From: Corallochytrium limacisporum Hawaii
Lineage: Eukaryota > Protista > Pluriformea
Direction: 5' to 3'
Length of the DNA stretch: 64,000 nt
Assembly: GCA_002811645.1 (NCBI GenBank)
Contig: PDIP01000067.1
Location: 180,829 to 244,828 of the forward strand
In this document: one piece after another, positions 1-11,122 of the stretch
How positions within the stretch are numbered: position 1 is the first letter of the stretch
Layout of the letters: every line of letters begins with the position of its first letter
Notes under the pieces: generated by a model
Databases searched by the model: none
Seen by the model: only the letters and a program-made list of their open reading frames with translations
What the model was told of the DNA's origin: nothing
Program-made: the position numbers and the translations under genes

Positions 1-1
1 T

Positions 2-1204
2 GCCCTTGCCCTTGCCAGTTTGGCTACTGCTGACTGCCCCAATGAGCTGTTGGAGCTGGCCCAGAATGACGGAGATATCCTTGACGTCAGGGACATCAAT
101 GGCCTTCCCACCTCTGTTGCGGTCAACAGCACCATCTGCCCTTCCATCACGGACGCATGCATCGCCGAGGAAGACTTCAAAGTCCTCGAGGAGAATATGA
201 ACAGCTCTCTGAATGAGATCCGGAGTGGTATTGATGAAGCTAAAAAAGCCTCAGAGGAATTCTCCTCCCAGCTTGACGAGATCCTTGGGCCCCTGGACGG
301 CTTCGGAATCCCCGAAGAACAAGTCAACGACTTAAGAGAATATTTCACTTCTCTTGCTGATGCCATCGGCATCATAGCCACCAAAGGTGGCAATTGCTTC
401 ACTGCTCTCTTTGAATACTACGTGGGCACCGTTTGCCTGGCCGTACGTGCGGACTGGAACATCTTTACCAACATCGGAGATGACGATGATGTCACCATCA
501 CCTACAGCACCAGTACCTGCGATGACCTGCAGGAGGGCTGCACTGACTTGCTTGAGGACCTCGGAGATACCTTCAAAAGCCTCCAAGAGCAACTGCCTGC
601 TTTGCTTGCAAGCCTGGGGCTGAGCGAGGAAGATATCGGCGAGTTCCTTCCCGACGAACTCACTGACCCTTGTGATGGCCAGGATTGTAACGACTATGTT
701 TGCAATGGCTTTGTCGGGGGTGATGATTTGGGCCTTGACGACTTGAACGACGACGTTGACATCGATCTGGGAGACCTGCTCAAGAGGCGCCGTGACACCG
801 AAGTCAGCAAAGAGGAGGTGGGGCAGGCCCTTTTGCAACTTACCCGGAATGCTGTCAAGATTATGCTGGGTTCTCAGCAGCCTACAGACAACCTGCGGCG
901 CAGCATCAGGGAGCGGCGGGACCTTGAGAACGCGTACGCACCGAATGGGTATTACGCCACAGGGGAGGGTGCGAGCTCCTCCATCGACACTTCCGCAGCA
1001 GGCGACGGCTCAGGCGCAGGAGATGGAACCGACTCCGGCAATGACAATGACGCTGACCCCCCTGCTACTGAAACTGACTCCGGCAGCACCAATCCTGCAC
1101 CCACCGGCGATGATACTGCCACCGAATCTCCCGGTGCGGCCTCTGGCATTGTGCCATCAATGACTGCCCTGACAGTGGGTCTGCTCGCCATTGTCCTTGC
1201 CTAG
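2..1204 (+). CDS. 5'-truncated secreted, acidic, Cys-containing protein with probable GPI anchor
   Basis: Frame +2 is open from the window edge (ALALASLATA-DCP, tail of a signal peptide). Contains spaced Cys, two polybasic sites (KRRR, RERR), a D/G/T/S linker and a hydrophobic C-terminus (GAASGIVPSMTALTVGLLAIVLA*). Confidence 0.8.
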   Translation, partial: ALALASLATADCPNELLELAQNDGDILDVRDINGLPTSVAVNSTICPSITDACIAEEDFKVLEENMNSSLNEIRSGIDEAKKASEEFSSQLDEILGPLDGFGIPEEQVNDLREYFTSLADAIGIIATKGGNCFTALFEYYVGTVCLAVRADWNIFTNIGDDDDVTITYSTSTCDDLQEGCTDLLEDLGDTFKSLQEQLPALLASLGLSEEDIGEFLPDELTDPCDGQDCNDYVCNGFVGGDDLGLDDLNDDVDIDLGDLLKRRRDTEVSKEEVGQALLQLTRNAVKIMLGSQQPTDNLRRSIRERRDLENAYAPNGYYATGEGASSSIDTSAAGDGSGAGDGTDSGNDNDADPPATETDSGSTNPAPTGDDTATESPGAASGIVPSMTALTVGLLAIVLA

Positions 1205-1939
1205 AGACACGGGAGTTATGAAAAAAGAACCAAAGAAAAGAAGGAACAAAACACTATTTGTAACCAACAGCTAGTGACGAACTGTGATGCCCGGTTCTAC
1301 TGGCTGGCTGCTCCAAAGTTCACGCGAGCCTTGATACTGTCAAGACCATACTTTTACTTTCACCCAGCGTTAACATATCACCATAAAGCAGTCACCATTA
1401 TTGCACTCATCTTACCACCGCCATCGTACCGCTTTTCATCACACATCGCAGCACACTCTTGAATCCATGCGCTCCCGCAACCGTTTCCCCCCCCCCTTCT
1501 CACCAAACCGGCCCCCGTTTTGGTTTTCCGTGGCTACAACCGTTTGGAGGCAGGGCCGCCATGTGACACCGACTCCCCCCCGAAGGTGACAGCTTTCCTT
1601 TTTTTTTTTGTTGTTATTGGACCTTGGGGCAGCAGCAGCAGCAGCAGCACCCAAAGAAATCGAAAATGTAAAAAGGCACCCTTCGCCGACCACCCCGCTC
1701 TGGACGCGCGGCGCTATTTACAGGCTTCGGTGCGCGGCCACCGTTTCTTTCCTTCGTGCTTTTTCACAGCTCGCCTGGGCCGGCAGTTCTGGCCTAGCTT
1801 TGTGGCCTCTCTCGGTCCGGGGTTTCCTTTTCTCTCCTGGCCCCCCCCTCCCCCTCTCTCTCTCTCTCAGAGTCAGCCAGGCGCCCTGAGTTCTGGAGAA
1901 ATTGGGCCTTGGTACCTGGGAAGGTCGAGATTGACTCAC

Positions 1940-1953
1940 AGAGAGAAAGAGAA

Positions 1954-1993
<40 letters not shown>
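1940..1993. repeat. (GA)n microsatellite
   Basis: Read directly from the sequence. Confidence 0.95.
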
Positions 1994-1998
<5 letters not shown>

Positions 1999-3049
1999 CC
2001 CACTCACACAACTCTGAGAGACAGAGAGGTGGCTGTGGATCCTTTACCCCTGGCCCCCCCTCCCCGGTCCTCCTCCTATGCCAGGGGAGGAGAGGAAGGA
2101 AAGGCCCAGTCTTCGCGGAACTAAAAGTACTGAGGCTGGGATCGATTAAAGAATTCACGGGGAAACAGAGACGCATGAAAGCCGAGACTGAGCAGAAAAA
2201 CACAAACGGGCCAGGAAAAAAAGCGGGGACAGTGCAAGCAAATAATATACAGGATACGTACCTTACCTATTATGCCACCTTATTTTCTATTGTATGAATA
2301 TCAAAAGTGCAATATCTACTAATCATGTACAGAATTGACGTATTGCTGATGTGTATGTGCTGCTGGTGAGTCCGTCAACCGCGTGTTTTTATCGCCCGGT
2401 GTCATCGCGCGGGAGTAAGAAAAGTGGCAGTTCGTTAATGCCGAAGACAAGAAAACCAAAGAAAATGCAGGTGAACGAGTATAGAACAAGGTCCGGAGAC
2501 CACAACACGCACGGGGCAAAGAGGGAGGGGCGGGGGGCCGGGGTGGTGGGATGAGTTTTGTTTTCAAGTTCAAAGGGCCCCCGGGGCAGAGGGGAGGGTT
2601 TGCTTTAAACTTTGGCTAGAGGGGTCTCAGGGTCAGTTGTTCTAAAATACAACAGACACGGCTCGGGGAGAAAGAGGGGGGGGTTTGGTGCTGACCGCCA
2701 GGGTTAAGGTAAGAAAAGAGAGAGAGAGGAAGGAAGGAAGGAAGGAAGCAAAAAAAAAAATGATGGGAGTGGAGAGGAGGTGGCCAATAGAGCCCACAGC
2801 CCAAGTTTCCCCCCCCCCCCTAAAACCCAGAGAGAGAGAGAGGGAAGAGTAAGGGAAAAGTTTTTAGCGCAGTGGAGAGGTGGTGGTGGTGAGGGGCCGG
2901 TGCGGGTAACACCGGACGGGTGTGTGTGTGTTGAGACCGGCGCCTTTTTTAGTTGAAAAAGTTGGTTGGTGGGTGGTGTCACAGGGTTTCCCTGGTGGAG
3001 AACGACGGGGGGGGGGGGGGGGACGGGTCGGGGGGGGGGGTTGGGGGGG

Positions 3050-3189
3050 NNNNNNNNNNNNNNNNNNNNNNNNNNNNNNNNNNNNNNNNNNNNNNNNNNN
3101 NNNNNNNNNNNNNNNNNNNNNNNNNNNNNNNNNNNNNNNNNNNNNNNNNNNNNNNNNNNNNNNNNNNNNNNNNNNNNNNNNNNNNNNNN
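3050..3189. other. Assembly gap flanked by poly-G
   Basis: N run. Confidence 0.99.
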
Positions 3190-3547
3190 GGGGGGGAGGA
3201 CGTGTCGGGGAGGGAGGTTGGGGGTGGAAGCTTCGGTAAGGGCCCCGCGGGGGTAGGGGGAGGTGGCGGCGTGTTCGTGGTGCAGTGGCGCTTGCAGAGT
3301 GGCTATTTCGGTGACAGAGGAAGCAAAGGTGGCGTCACGGGTGATCCTGAAGAGTAATTAGTCAAAGGAACTTGACAGCATTCGTGCTTGAGTGAATATA
3401 TGTAAAATAATCTTAAAGAATAGTTGTGTGAACAGTATTCTCGCAATAGAAACATCACAGAACACAGGGAGCTAGAGATAGTGGGTGTGGGAGATGCAAA
3501 GATAGGTCAACCTCTCCCATCCATTAGACAGACGATTTATCATAGAC

Positions 3548-5500
3548 ATGGCACCTTTTCCAGGAAAATCTACCACCACAACAACCATGGCGACCAATCA
3601 ACAGGGAACTGCGGACGAAAAGGGAGAGTATCGGCGGTCAGGTGAGCGAAAGTACCGAGCACCAGTGGTTAAGGCGCTTGGTTCTGCGATCCCAGAACAT
3701 CCGCACTCTGTGAGTGTGTGCATGCCAAGCTGGGAAGATAATGTAGACTATGAGGAGGGCAAAGATCGAGTGCACTCAAAGCTGCAGTCGGGATATCCGC
3801 GCTTTGCATTCAGTCCGGTCGTTAAGGATCTCTTTGCGCACGCTGCCGAACGGTTTTGTGACCCGACCAAGGAACAGTCTGTGTTAGTGTTGCCAAATGA
3901 GACGGCCTGTCGTCTCTGTGCAGCATTTATGGTGCGCTTGAGTGAACGATCCAGAGCCGAGGATCAGGCCTTGAAGGCAGGAACGGAAGAGGCCGATGAC
4001 ATGAAGGCCTCCGTTCTTGACCTGCCCACTGCAGAATTCAGCGATTTCAAGTGGCATCCTCTGATCGAGAGCACGGATATCGGGGATAGCAATGAAACTG
4101 ACTGCAATGGATGTAATCTTTCCGAGTTGGCAGAACTGCATGCATTTGTCTTGCCTGCGAAGCTGTTTGGCATGGCCAAGTCGTTCTGGCAGCACACAGG
4201 CTACGTGGTGACCTCTCGTCAAGCGGTCTCCTATCTCAAGTATGTTAACAGACAGCCTTGTGGAAGTGAAGCCAGTCCCCGGGTCATGACACCAAAGAGC
4301 ACCAGCGGATCATCGGTAGAGGATGAGGACGATGACGGAGAGGAGGACCTGGATCATCACATTGAAGAGCATTTTGGACGACGATTGAAGGTCACAGAGA
4401 GTCAGCGGGCACAGGACCTCATCTGCAAGCGCATCGGCAAACTCACAGCACAGAGATCTGACCATGTCCATTTGTATCCTTGCGGCATGAACGCCTTTTT
4501 CCACGCGTACGCGACAGTGCGGGACCTCGCCGGCGGGCACGACCTCGAGCAGCATGAAATTGTGGAAAAGAGCGACGGAACATGCGTGATGTTTGGATTT
4601 CCCTACCTGGACTCGCTCAAAACGCTGCAGAAGTTTGCACCCATCACTACCGGCATGGTAAGCCTGCAGGAATCTGTGGACTCCACCGTTAAGTTTCTGG
4701 GCCATGGTGGTGCGGACGACTACGACGAACTGGAACGCTTCGCAGAGGACAACAAGATTGTTGCGCTCTTCTGCGAGTTCCCCACCAATCCTCTTCTGCG
4801 GTGCCCGGATCTGGAACGCATCAGTGCGGTGGCCAAGCGCCACAACTTCCCCGTGGTTGTGGACGACACGATCGGTAACTTCCACAATCTGCAGATAACC
4901 AAGTCCTGTGACATGATTGTCACTTCGTTAACGAAGCTGTTCTCCGGGGACTCAGATGTAATGGGAGGTAGTATTGTGGTAAATGGCAACTCTGCCTTCG
5001 CGTCCGCTATTCAGGAGCGTCTGAAAAAGCGCTTCAGTGCCACCCGGCCTTACAGCCAGGACATCATCGCCCTCGAGCGTAACTCCCGCGACTTCGAACG
5101 GCGCAGTGTAAAGATTAACCAAACGGCCAGCCGTCTGGCTGAGTACCTGCACAATCACGACCTCGTGGATTACGTCTGCTACCCGTCCCTCACCGAACCG
5201 GAGATCTACGGTAAGTTCAAGAAACCGGACGGTGGCTACGGTGGTCTCATGAGCGTGATCCTCAAGGATGCTGTCCGGGCACCTAAGTTCTACGACGCCC
5301 TGAACGTCAGCAAGGGCCCCAGTCTCGGCACGAACTTTACCCTCTGCTGTCCGTACACTATCCTCGCCCACTACACGGAGCTTGATTTTGCGGCCGGTTA
5401 CGGCGTGCCTGCCCACCTCGTCCGGATCAGCATTGGCCTGGAGAGCTACGATGATCTCAAGGAGGCCTTTGACAACGCTTTGAAGGCCGCTGCCCAGTGA
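3548..5500 (+). CDS. Cystathionine gamma-synthase, fungal STR2/Met-7 type (PLP-dependent)
   Basis: HSVSVCMPSWEDNVDYEEG...GYPRF N-terminus; FGFPYLDSLK; CEFPTNPLL; VVDDTIGNF; PLP lysine in SLTKLFSGDSDVMGG; KGPSLGTNFTL. Confidence 0.92.
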   Translation: MAPFPGKSTTTTTMATNQQGTADEKGEYRRSGERKYRAPVVKALGSAIPEHPHSVSVCMPSWEDNVDYEEGKDRVHSKLQSGYPRFAFSPVVKDLFAHAAERFCDPTKEQSVLVLPNETACRLCAAFMVRLSERSRAEDQALKAGTEEADDMKASVLDLPTAEFSDFKWHPLIESTDIGDSNETDCNGCNLSELAELHAFVLPAKLFGMAKSFWQHTGYVVTSRQAVSYLKYVNRQPCGSEASPRVMTPKSTSGSSVEDEDDDGEEDLDHHIEEHFGRRLKVTESQRAQDLICKRIGKLTAQRSDHVHLYPCGMNAFFHAYATVRDLAGGHDLEQHEIVEKSDGTCVMFGFPYLDSLKTLQKFAPITTGMVSLQESVDSTVKFLGHGGADDYDELERFAEDNKIVALFCEFPTNPLLRCPDLERISAVAKRHNFPVVVDDTIGNFHNLQITKSCDMIVTSLTKLFSGDSDVMGGSIVVNGNSAFASAIQERLKKRFSATRPYSQDIIALERNSRDFERRSVKINQTASRLAEYLHNHDLVDYVCYPSLTEPEIYGKFKKPDGGYGGLMSVILKDAVRAPKFYDALNVSKGPSLGTNFTLCCPYTILAHYTELDFAAGYGVPAHLVRISIGLESYDDLKEAFDNALKAAAQ

Positions 5501-5581
5501 GAACAGGTGAAGTAAGACTGTGTTTCCGTGTTTGTTTTTGTCGCGTTGGAGAATATACATGTATCTTATGAATCACTACTG

Positions 5582-7396
5582 TTACATTTTCGTTTTCAGA
5601 AGTTCGAGTACGAGGTCCACTTTACCCTCTAGGTGAGCTATGCGTTCCCGCAGTGCCCGATTTTCTTCACTGAGGCGCTCTACGGTGTCCCGAAGCTTGG
5701 TGGTCTCCGACGCGGAGGCAAACGTAGTACCTGGCGAAGGAGGTGCAGGACGGTTGGCTGCATCCTTTGTTGTATCGGGGGCCCGGTCTGTGTCCCTATT
5801 CGGCAGGGCCGGGGCCATGGAGCGCTTGATCAACACTGCGTCAACATCATGCAGAGTTGGCTTCGACGATGGGAATGCCTGCTGCACTGCGTGCTGCACT
5901 GCGTGGGCAATGCGCGCCTCACTGTCCTCGTCCGCCTCATCGCATGGGTCTTTCTTGTTCGTGGTGCGAGTGTCTCTCAATATCACCGCGCCCAATGTAT
6001 CGCCAGCACAGGTCAGGTCCAGAATATGACGAAAATGTCCCTGCACAATATGGCGCTGTGTAATTTCACAGATCGGTGATGGGCCCAAAGATTCCAACGG
6101 TTTCACACGATACTCCCTGATCTTTTCTTCTTGGCTTCCCGCAAAGGCAACACACAAGCGCAATTGTGGCGGACCAACGTCGTCGAATCTGCCGGCCATA
6201 AAATTTTGCCCAGCCTTCTGCGCTTCGCTAAGGTTCATTGGGACTGTACCAATCCGCTCTGGTCGATACTCCAGCTCTATCCTTCCGAGATCAGTGCCAC
6301 CGTGAACGTCAACCTCACCAGTGGCAGTGTCGTGCCTGACGGCGTACCTGAAGAAATGTAATGCACCGGGAGTAGCAATCTCTTTCGTGCTTGTGTCCGT
6401 GCCCCTGATGTCAAAGAGGTGCGCTCTGACTGAGGTGGCTACAGGACGGATCGAGTCATCCTCTTTGAGCGAAACAACCGGCTTCGCACCCAGGCCGACG
6501 ACCAAATACTCAATGCGATCGTGGTGAGTTACACGTCCCGGGTTCCCCGACGCTTCCAGTCGATCAGTGCCAAAGCACGCAATACAGGTTATTTCCATGC
6601 CATCCCATGAGTCCAGCAAAGTTTTAGTTTTCATTGGTGAACTGGTCCCATGACTGCTAAGCAGACTACAGACACTATTTTGGTGGACTTTGAAGATCAC
6701 GGAGTCAGATTGTGCGGCCATATGCGGAGGCACCGGCGTCCGCCAAGGAAGCGATTCCTGACCAAGAACACTTGCAAATTTGTGTGACCCGTATTGTCCA
6801 TTTTTATCCTCCAGATACAAATTCTCTTTAGTTGCTGAACCCGGAAATATCGCCACAGAAAGCCTAGCAGCGCCGTATTGCATGACGAATGCGGCGTCTT
6901 CTAACCCGCTTCGGATCATATTCTTCGCAACCATTGCATCGCCCACATGCTTGGACACATCAGCCAGTAACTTGCTCCCATTTCCCATAATATCCGCATC
7001 GTCTGACACCCGGGCTACTTGGAACATACCGTCATTCAAGAGTTTGAGCTGGAATGTTCTATGACCGTCCCGTCTGACCAGAGCACAGGCTCCCGTGGAA
7101 AGACGATCCAGCGCTTTGACAGTGGACTCAGAGCACAGAGTCTGCGTAGCATAGTTTGCGGTCACCAAGATGACATCCTCTTTGCTCTGTTTCAGTGTCC
7201 CATCTTTCTCCCACAGTCGTAGTCTGGAGTCAATCTGCCCTGTCCAGAAAGTTCTCGTCACCTCCGGATCGGACATCGCGCCAGTCTTGGCCGGCAGACG
7301 GTGACATGGTATCGCTCGTGTCTCGGCGAGCATCATATTTGCCGAACGCAAGCCCTTTTCAAGCTTATCCAAAACAATTGGGTTGCCCAATTCCAC
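5582..7396 (-). CDS. Unknown ~600-aa protein, beta-rich body with C-terminal coiled coil
   Basis: 1.8-kb open frame ending in a heptad pattern (LRDTVERLSEENRALRERIAHLEGKVDLVLELL). The ORF begins at GTG directly after a TAG, so the start is either ATG 7336 or an ATG-only exon at 7626-7624. Confidence 0.75.
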   Translation of the reverse strand: MELGNPIVLDKLEKGLRSANMMLAETRAIPCHRLPAKTGAMSDPEVTRTFWTGQIDSRLRLWEKDGTLKQSKEDVILVTANYATQTLCSESTVKALDRLSTGACALVRRDGHRTFQLKLLNDGMFQVARVSDDADIMGNGSKLLADVSKHVGDAMVAKNMIRSGLEDAAFVMQYGAARLSVAIFPGSATKENLYLEDKNGQYGSHKFASVLGQESLPWRTPVPPHMAAQSDSVIFKVHQNSVCSLLSSHGTSSPMKTKTLLDSWDGMEITCIACFGTDRLEASGNPGRVTHHDRIEYLVVGLGAKPVVSLKEDDSIRPVATSVRAHLFDIRGTDTSTKEIATPGALHFFRYAVRHDTATGEVDVHGGTDLGRIELEYRPERIGTVPMNLSEAQKAGQNFMAGRFDDVGPPQLRLCVAFAGSQEEKIREYRVKPLESLGPSPICEITQRHIVQGHFRHILDLTCAGDTLGAVILRDTRTTNKKDPCDEADEDSEARIAHAVQHAVQQAFPSSKPTLHDVDAVLIKRSMAPALPNRDTDRAPDTTKDAANRPAPPSPGTTFASASETTKLRDTVERLSEENRALRERIAHLEGKVDLVLELLKTKM

Positions 7397-7979
7397 CTAC
7401 TCCACACCGTCATTGTGGTTGGAATTGCCTGAGTATAGTTACGACGACGGGCTGGGCCAACTCACGGATCAGAGTATGAGACCCGCTCTCCCCCCGGGGG
7501 GGGGGACCGGCGGGGCGGCCGAGGCGAAGGGGTCTATCCATCCCCGGATGGAGGCGCCGCCCTCCCCTCTATGGGGGCTTTTCTCAGAGGAAAACACAGT
7601 ATTTGAGAAATATTTGTCCATACCATGACTGTACCCTTTCCGGACTGAAATATATAGTTTTGAATCAAATCGGCGGACATGTGGGGGTAGAGGAACTTCT
7701 TGTCTTGGGCCATCGTTTGGGTACTGGGTCACGGGGTGACGCTTTGGTGTCTCCGTGGGCGTGCGTAAGGCTGTGGACGGCCGAACGCAGGGTCTGCGAT
7801 GGGCTAAGATTGAACAAAAGTGAATTGTTCAGCGATAGTTCAATGAAGATGCTTGGTGTTGGGTCAGTCCATGTATTTCAAACGCGAGATTGGTTTGAGG
7901 ACACGCGATCATAGGGATGCAGTAGCCATACGGTTCCGGGTTTATTTCTTCTGGAATAAGTAAAACAAATCTATTAGTC

Positions 7980-9176
7980 ATGCCGCCTAAGAAGGGAAAG
8001 AAGGGAGCAGAGCCCGAAGAGAAGCCCATTCTGGGTCGCTTCGGCACCTCACTTAAGATGGGTGTGGTTGGTCTGCCGAACGTGGGTAAGTCCACCTTCT
8101 TCAACGTCCTGACAAAGTCAGAAATCGCCGCTGAGAACTACCCCTTCTGCACTATCGACGCCAACGAGTCTCGTGCCCCGGTTCCTGACGAGCGGTTTAA
8201 TTGGCTATGCGAGCACTGGAAGCCTCCGAGCAAGATCCCAGCGTTCCTGTTCGTCACGGATATCGCCGGTCTGGTAAAGGGTGCTGCCGAAGGGCAGGGT
8301 CTGGGCAATAACTTCCTGAGCCACATCAAGGCTGTTGATGGCATCTTCCACATGGTACGTGCCTTCGATGACCCTGATGTTACTCATGTTGAGGGTGAGG
8401 TAGATCCCATCCGTGACATGACCATTATTCACGAAGAATTGCGCCTGAAGGACGCTGAGTTCCTGACCAACGAAGTGGGACGACAGGAGAAGACTGTCGC
8501 CCGCAGCAGTGACAAGCAAGCCAAGGCCAACTTTGAGATTCTGCAGAAGATTCACAAGTTCGTCGTCGAAGACGAGAAGGATGCCCGTTCCGGAGATTGG
8601 AACGGTAAAGAAATAGAAGTACTGAACGAACTACAGCTGCTGACGGCGAAGCCCATGGTTTACCTCGTCAACTTGACCCAGAAGGACTACCTGCGCCAGA
8701 AGAACAAGTGGCTCCCCAAGATCAAAGAGTTCGTAGATAGCCGCATGAATCCTCCGGACGTTATCATCCCCTTCTCCGCACAGTTCGAGCTCAACCTCTT
8801 TGACATGCCTGACGACGAACGTGCAAAGTATCTGGACGAGGTCAAGGTGCCCACACTTCTTCCCAAGATTATCGTCCAGGGTTTCAAGACCTTGAACTTG
8901 CAGTATTTCTTTACAGCCGGTCCTGATGAAGTCCGGGCTTGGACCATCCGCAAGGGATCTAAGTCACCAGAGGCCGCTGGTAAGATCCACAGTGACATGG
9001 AGAAGGGATTCATCATGGCCGAAGTCATGCACTACGAGGACTACAAGACTGCCGGCAGTGAAGCTGCAGTTAAAGCTGCTGGCAAGTACATGCAGAAGGG
9101 CAAGGACTATATTGTGCAAGACGGAGATATCATTGTCTACAAGTTCAACGTCACTACTCAGCCCAAGAAGAAGTAA
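7980..9176 (+). CDS. OLA1: Obg-like ATPase 1 (YchF family)
   Basis: [72 protein letters not shown]. Confidence 0.97.
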   Translation: MPPKKGKKGAEPEEKPILGRFGTSLKMGVVGLPNVGKSTFFNVLTKSEIAAENYPFCTIDANESRAPVPDERFNWLCEHWKPPSKIPAFLFVTDIAGLVKGAAEGQGLGNNFLSHIKAVDGIFHMVRAFDDPDVTHVEGEVDPIRDMTIIHEELRLKDAEFLTNEVGRQEKTVARSSDKQAKANFEILQKIHKFVVEDEKDARSGDWNGKEIEVLNELQLLTAKPMVYLVNLTQKDYLRQKNKWLPKIKEFVDSRMNPPDVIIPFSAQFELNLFDMPDDERAKYLDEVKVPTLLPKIIVQGFKTLNLQYFFTAGPDEVRAWTIRKGSKSPEAAGKIHSDMEKGFIMAEVMHYEDYKTAGSEAAVKAAGKYMQKGKDYIVQDGDIIVYKFNVTTQPKKK

Positions 9177-10645
9177 ACGTTTCATTTCCATGTTTTAGTC
9201 ATTGCATCGCCCCCCTTCAAACCACATCATTCCTGTAAATACACGACGAAAGTACTCACGAATCTCCAGTACCACCGGTGCCGGTCAGTGGATCTTAATC
9301 TGAAATGCACTTAATTGATTGGTTAGGACTGTGTCGAAATTGTGTGCGTAGAGTGCTCTTTGCGAGGATGTAGCTCCGTGTTAATGACGCAGGATGTTGA
9401 TGATGATGATGATCATCATTCGCTACAAACTTTGACGTCTGGTCAAGTCAACCTAATTCTGTTCTAGCGTTTGCCTCTTTTGTCCTGAACGTGGCTCCTG
9501 ATCTTTCACAAACGATACGTCTGGCATCCACGATGATATGTGCTTTCAGCCCCATACCCTCCGCTTATTAGAGTGAGCTTAGACCTGTTGGCCCAATTCT
9601 TCCGTTAAGAGCGTAAGTGACCTAACCTTTCCGTCCGCAGCCAATAGACATTCTCTTTAATCGCCAACTTGGGACATTACTATCAACCAGAACGCGACAT
9701 CATCGTCACCACAGTTATCGTCATCAGAACACATCTATCCATCTACTATGCATTCTGGCTGCTTGGTAGTTGTTCACAATGTGTGACGCATGCCAGACAG
9801 ACCATGTTTGACTCGTGCGTCAATGGCTCTCTGCAATGCAGATCAACAAATCCATTATTATCACATGGACGATGGTAGCCAATCGCATCAGTGACAAAGG
9901 GGGCAGGGACAAGGTTGGGGGCCCGTGTCCACTTTCATTGCCTACGCGGCACAACTGTGCCAAGTCGAGCGTTGTGCCGCCGCGACAACAAACTTTCAGT
10001 TCCCTTACGCCCAGCCCCCATGTATTCTGCTTGTCCTTTTGCCTCCCCCCTCTCCCCCAACCCTTCCATCTGATTTTCTGGTGCGCTATCTTCGGCCGGG
10101 GGGGGGGCATCTCGTTTGTGCTCCACGCTCTCCTCCTCCTCCTCCTCGTCTCTCGGCTCTCGTCCCCTGGGGACCAACTCTCCCCTTCCCCCTCTCCCCC
10201 CCGGGGCGGAATCAGTTGCGCGTGAGGGATAAAAATGTTCGGCCGTGCTTGGTAACACCCCCCCCCCCCGGGGGGGAGCGATAAAAGGCTCTTTGTTCTC
10301 AAGCATTTATCGCGAGTGAATTTGAAAAAAACTCTTTGGCACGCGCGCGCGCGAGGCATTCAAGTAAAGAAAGTAATACAAAAAATGGTACCAAAATTTC
10401 TGTGCCGTGCGTGTGGTTTGCATCAGTAACACGAAATTGCCATGGTCGGAGACTCGTCCATTTTCAAGGGAAAATGTATTACATTTTTTTGACGGGAAGG
10501 ACATCTCCCGCCAAATGGGGGTGTGTGGTTCGGTGGGTGGTCAGCGGGAAAACCCGTGACCCTTGTCCCGTCAGGTGTCCGTTCAGATTACCACATCTCT
10601 ATAATAAGTAAACTGGAAGTTTTTGAACTGGAGCAAAAGTTTTTG

Positions 10646-11122
10646 GGGGGGGGGCAATCTGGCAGGGCCAGCCAGTCAGTGACCCAGTTCGGAAGTCAAT
10701 CACACTCGTTCGAAATGAATGTTCTGCAACAAACGCGCGACAAATTGAGCCACGAGAGGAAGTTGCGTGGGTCACCACTTCCAATCTGCATGGCTGATGA
10801 CCAATCGCTTGACAATGTGACCATATTAAAACACAGTACCAGATCGAGGCCAAATAGCTCCTAAGGGGTTGAGGGGTTGAGGGGTACGGTACAGACCCGA
10901 CCCGTACAAGAAGGGCAATAAGTACTATCGGTTATAAAAAAAAATTCCAATTGTTTGAAGGGGTGTTTAATTGTTCTTGGTGTGCGGTGCCTGGTTAATT
11001 GCGCTGACGAAACCACCGAATTGTGGCCCCCCCCCCCCCCCCCAACTTTTCGAAACTCTCCTAGCTAGTGAACTTCCGAACTGGGTCACTGACTGGCTGG
11101 CCCTGCCAGATTGCCCCCCCCC
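10646..11122. repeat. 51-bp perfect inverted repeat (arms 10646-10696 and 11072-11122)
   Basis: G9-caatctggcagggccagccagtcagtgacccagttcggaagt and its exact reverse complement, about 375 bp apart. Confidence 0.9.

Noticed and set aside
1836-2066. Short direct (cctggccccccc..tcccc) and inverted (tctctcagagt/actctgagaga) repeats around the (GA)n tract
   Set aside because: Low-complexity context makes such matches likely by chance.
10864-10885. ggggttgaggggttgagggg telomere-like repeat
   Set aside because: Only about two units; too short to call an interstitial telomere.
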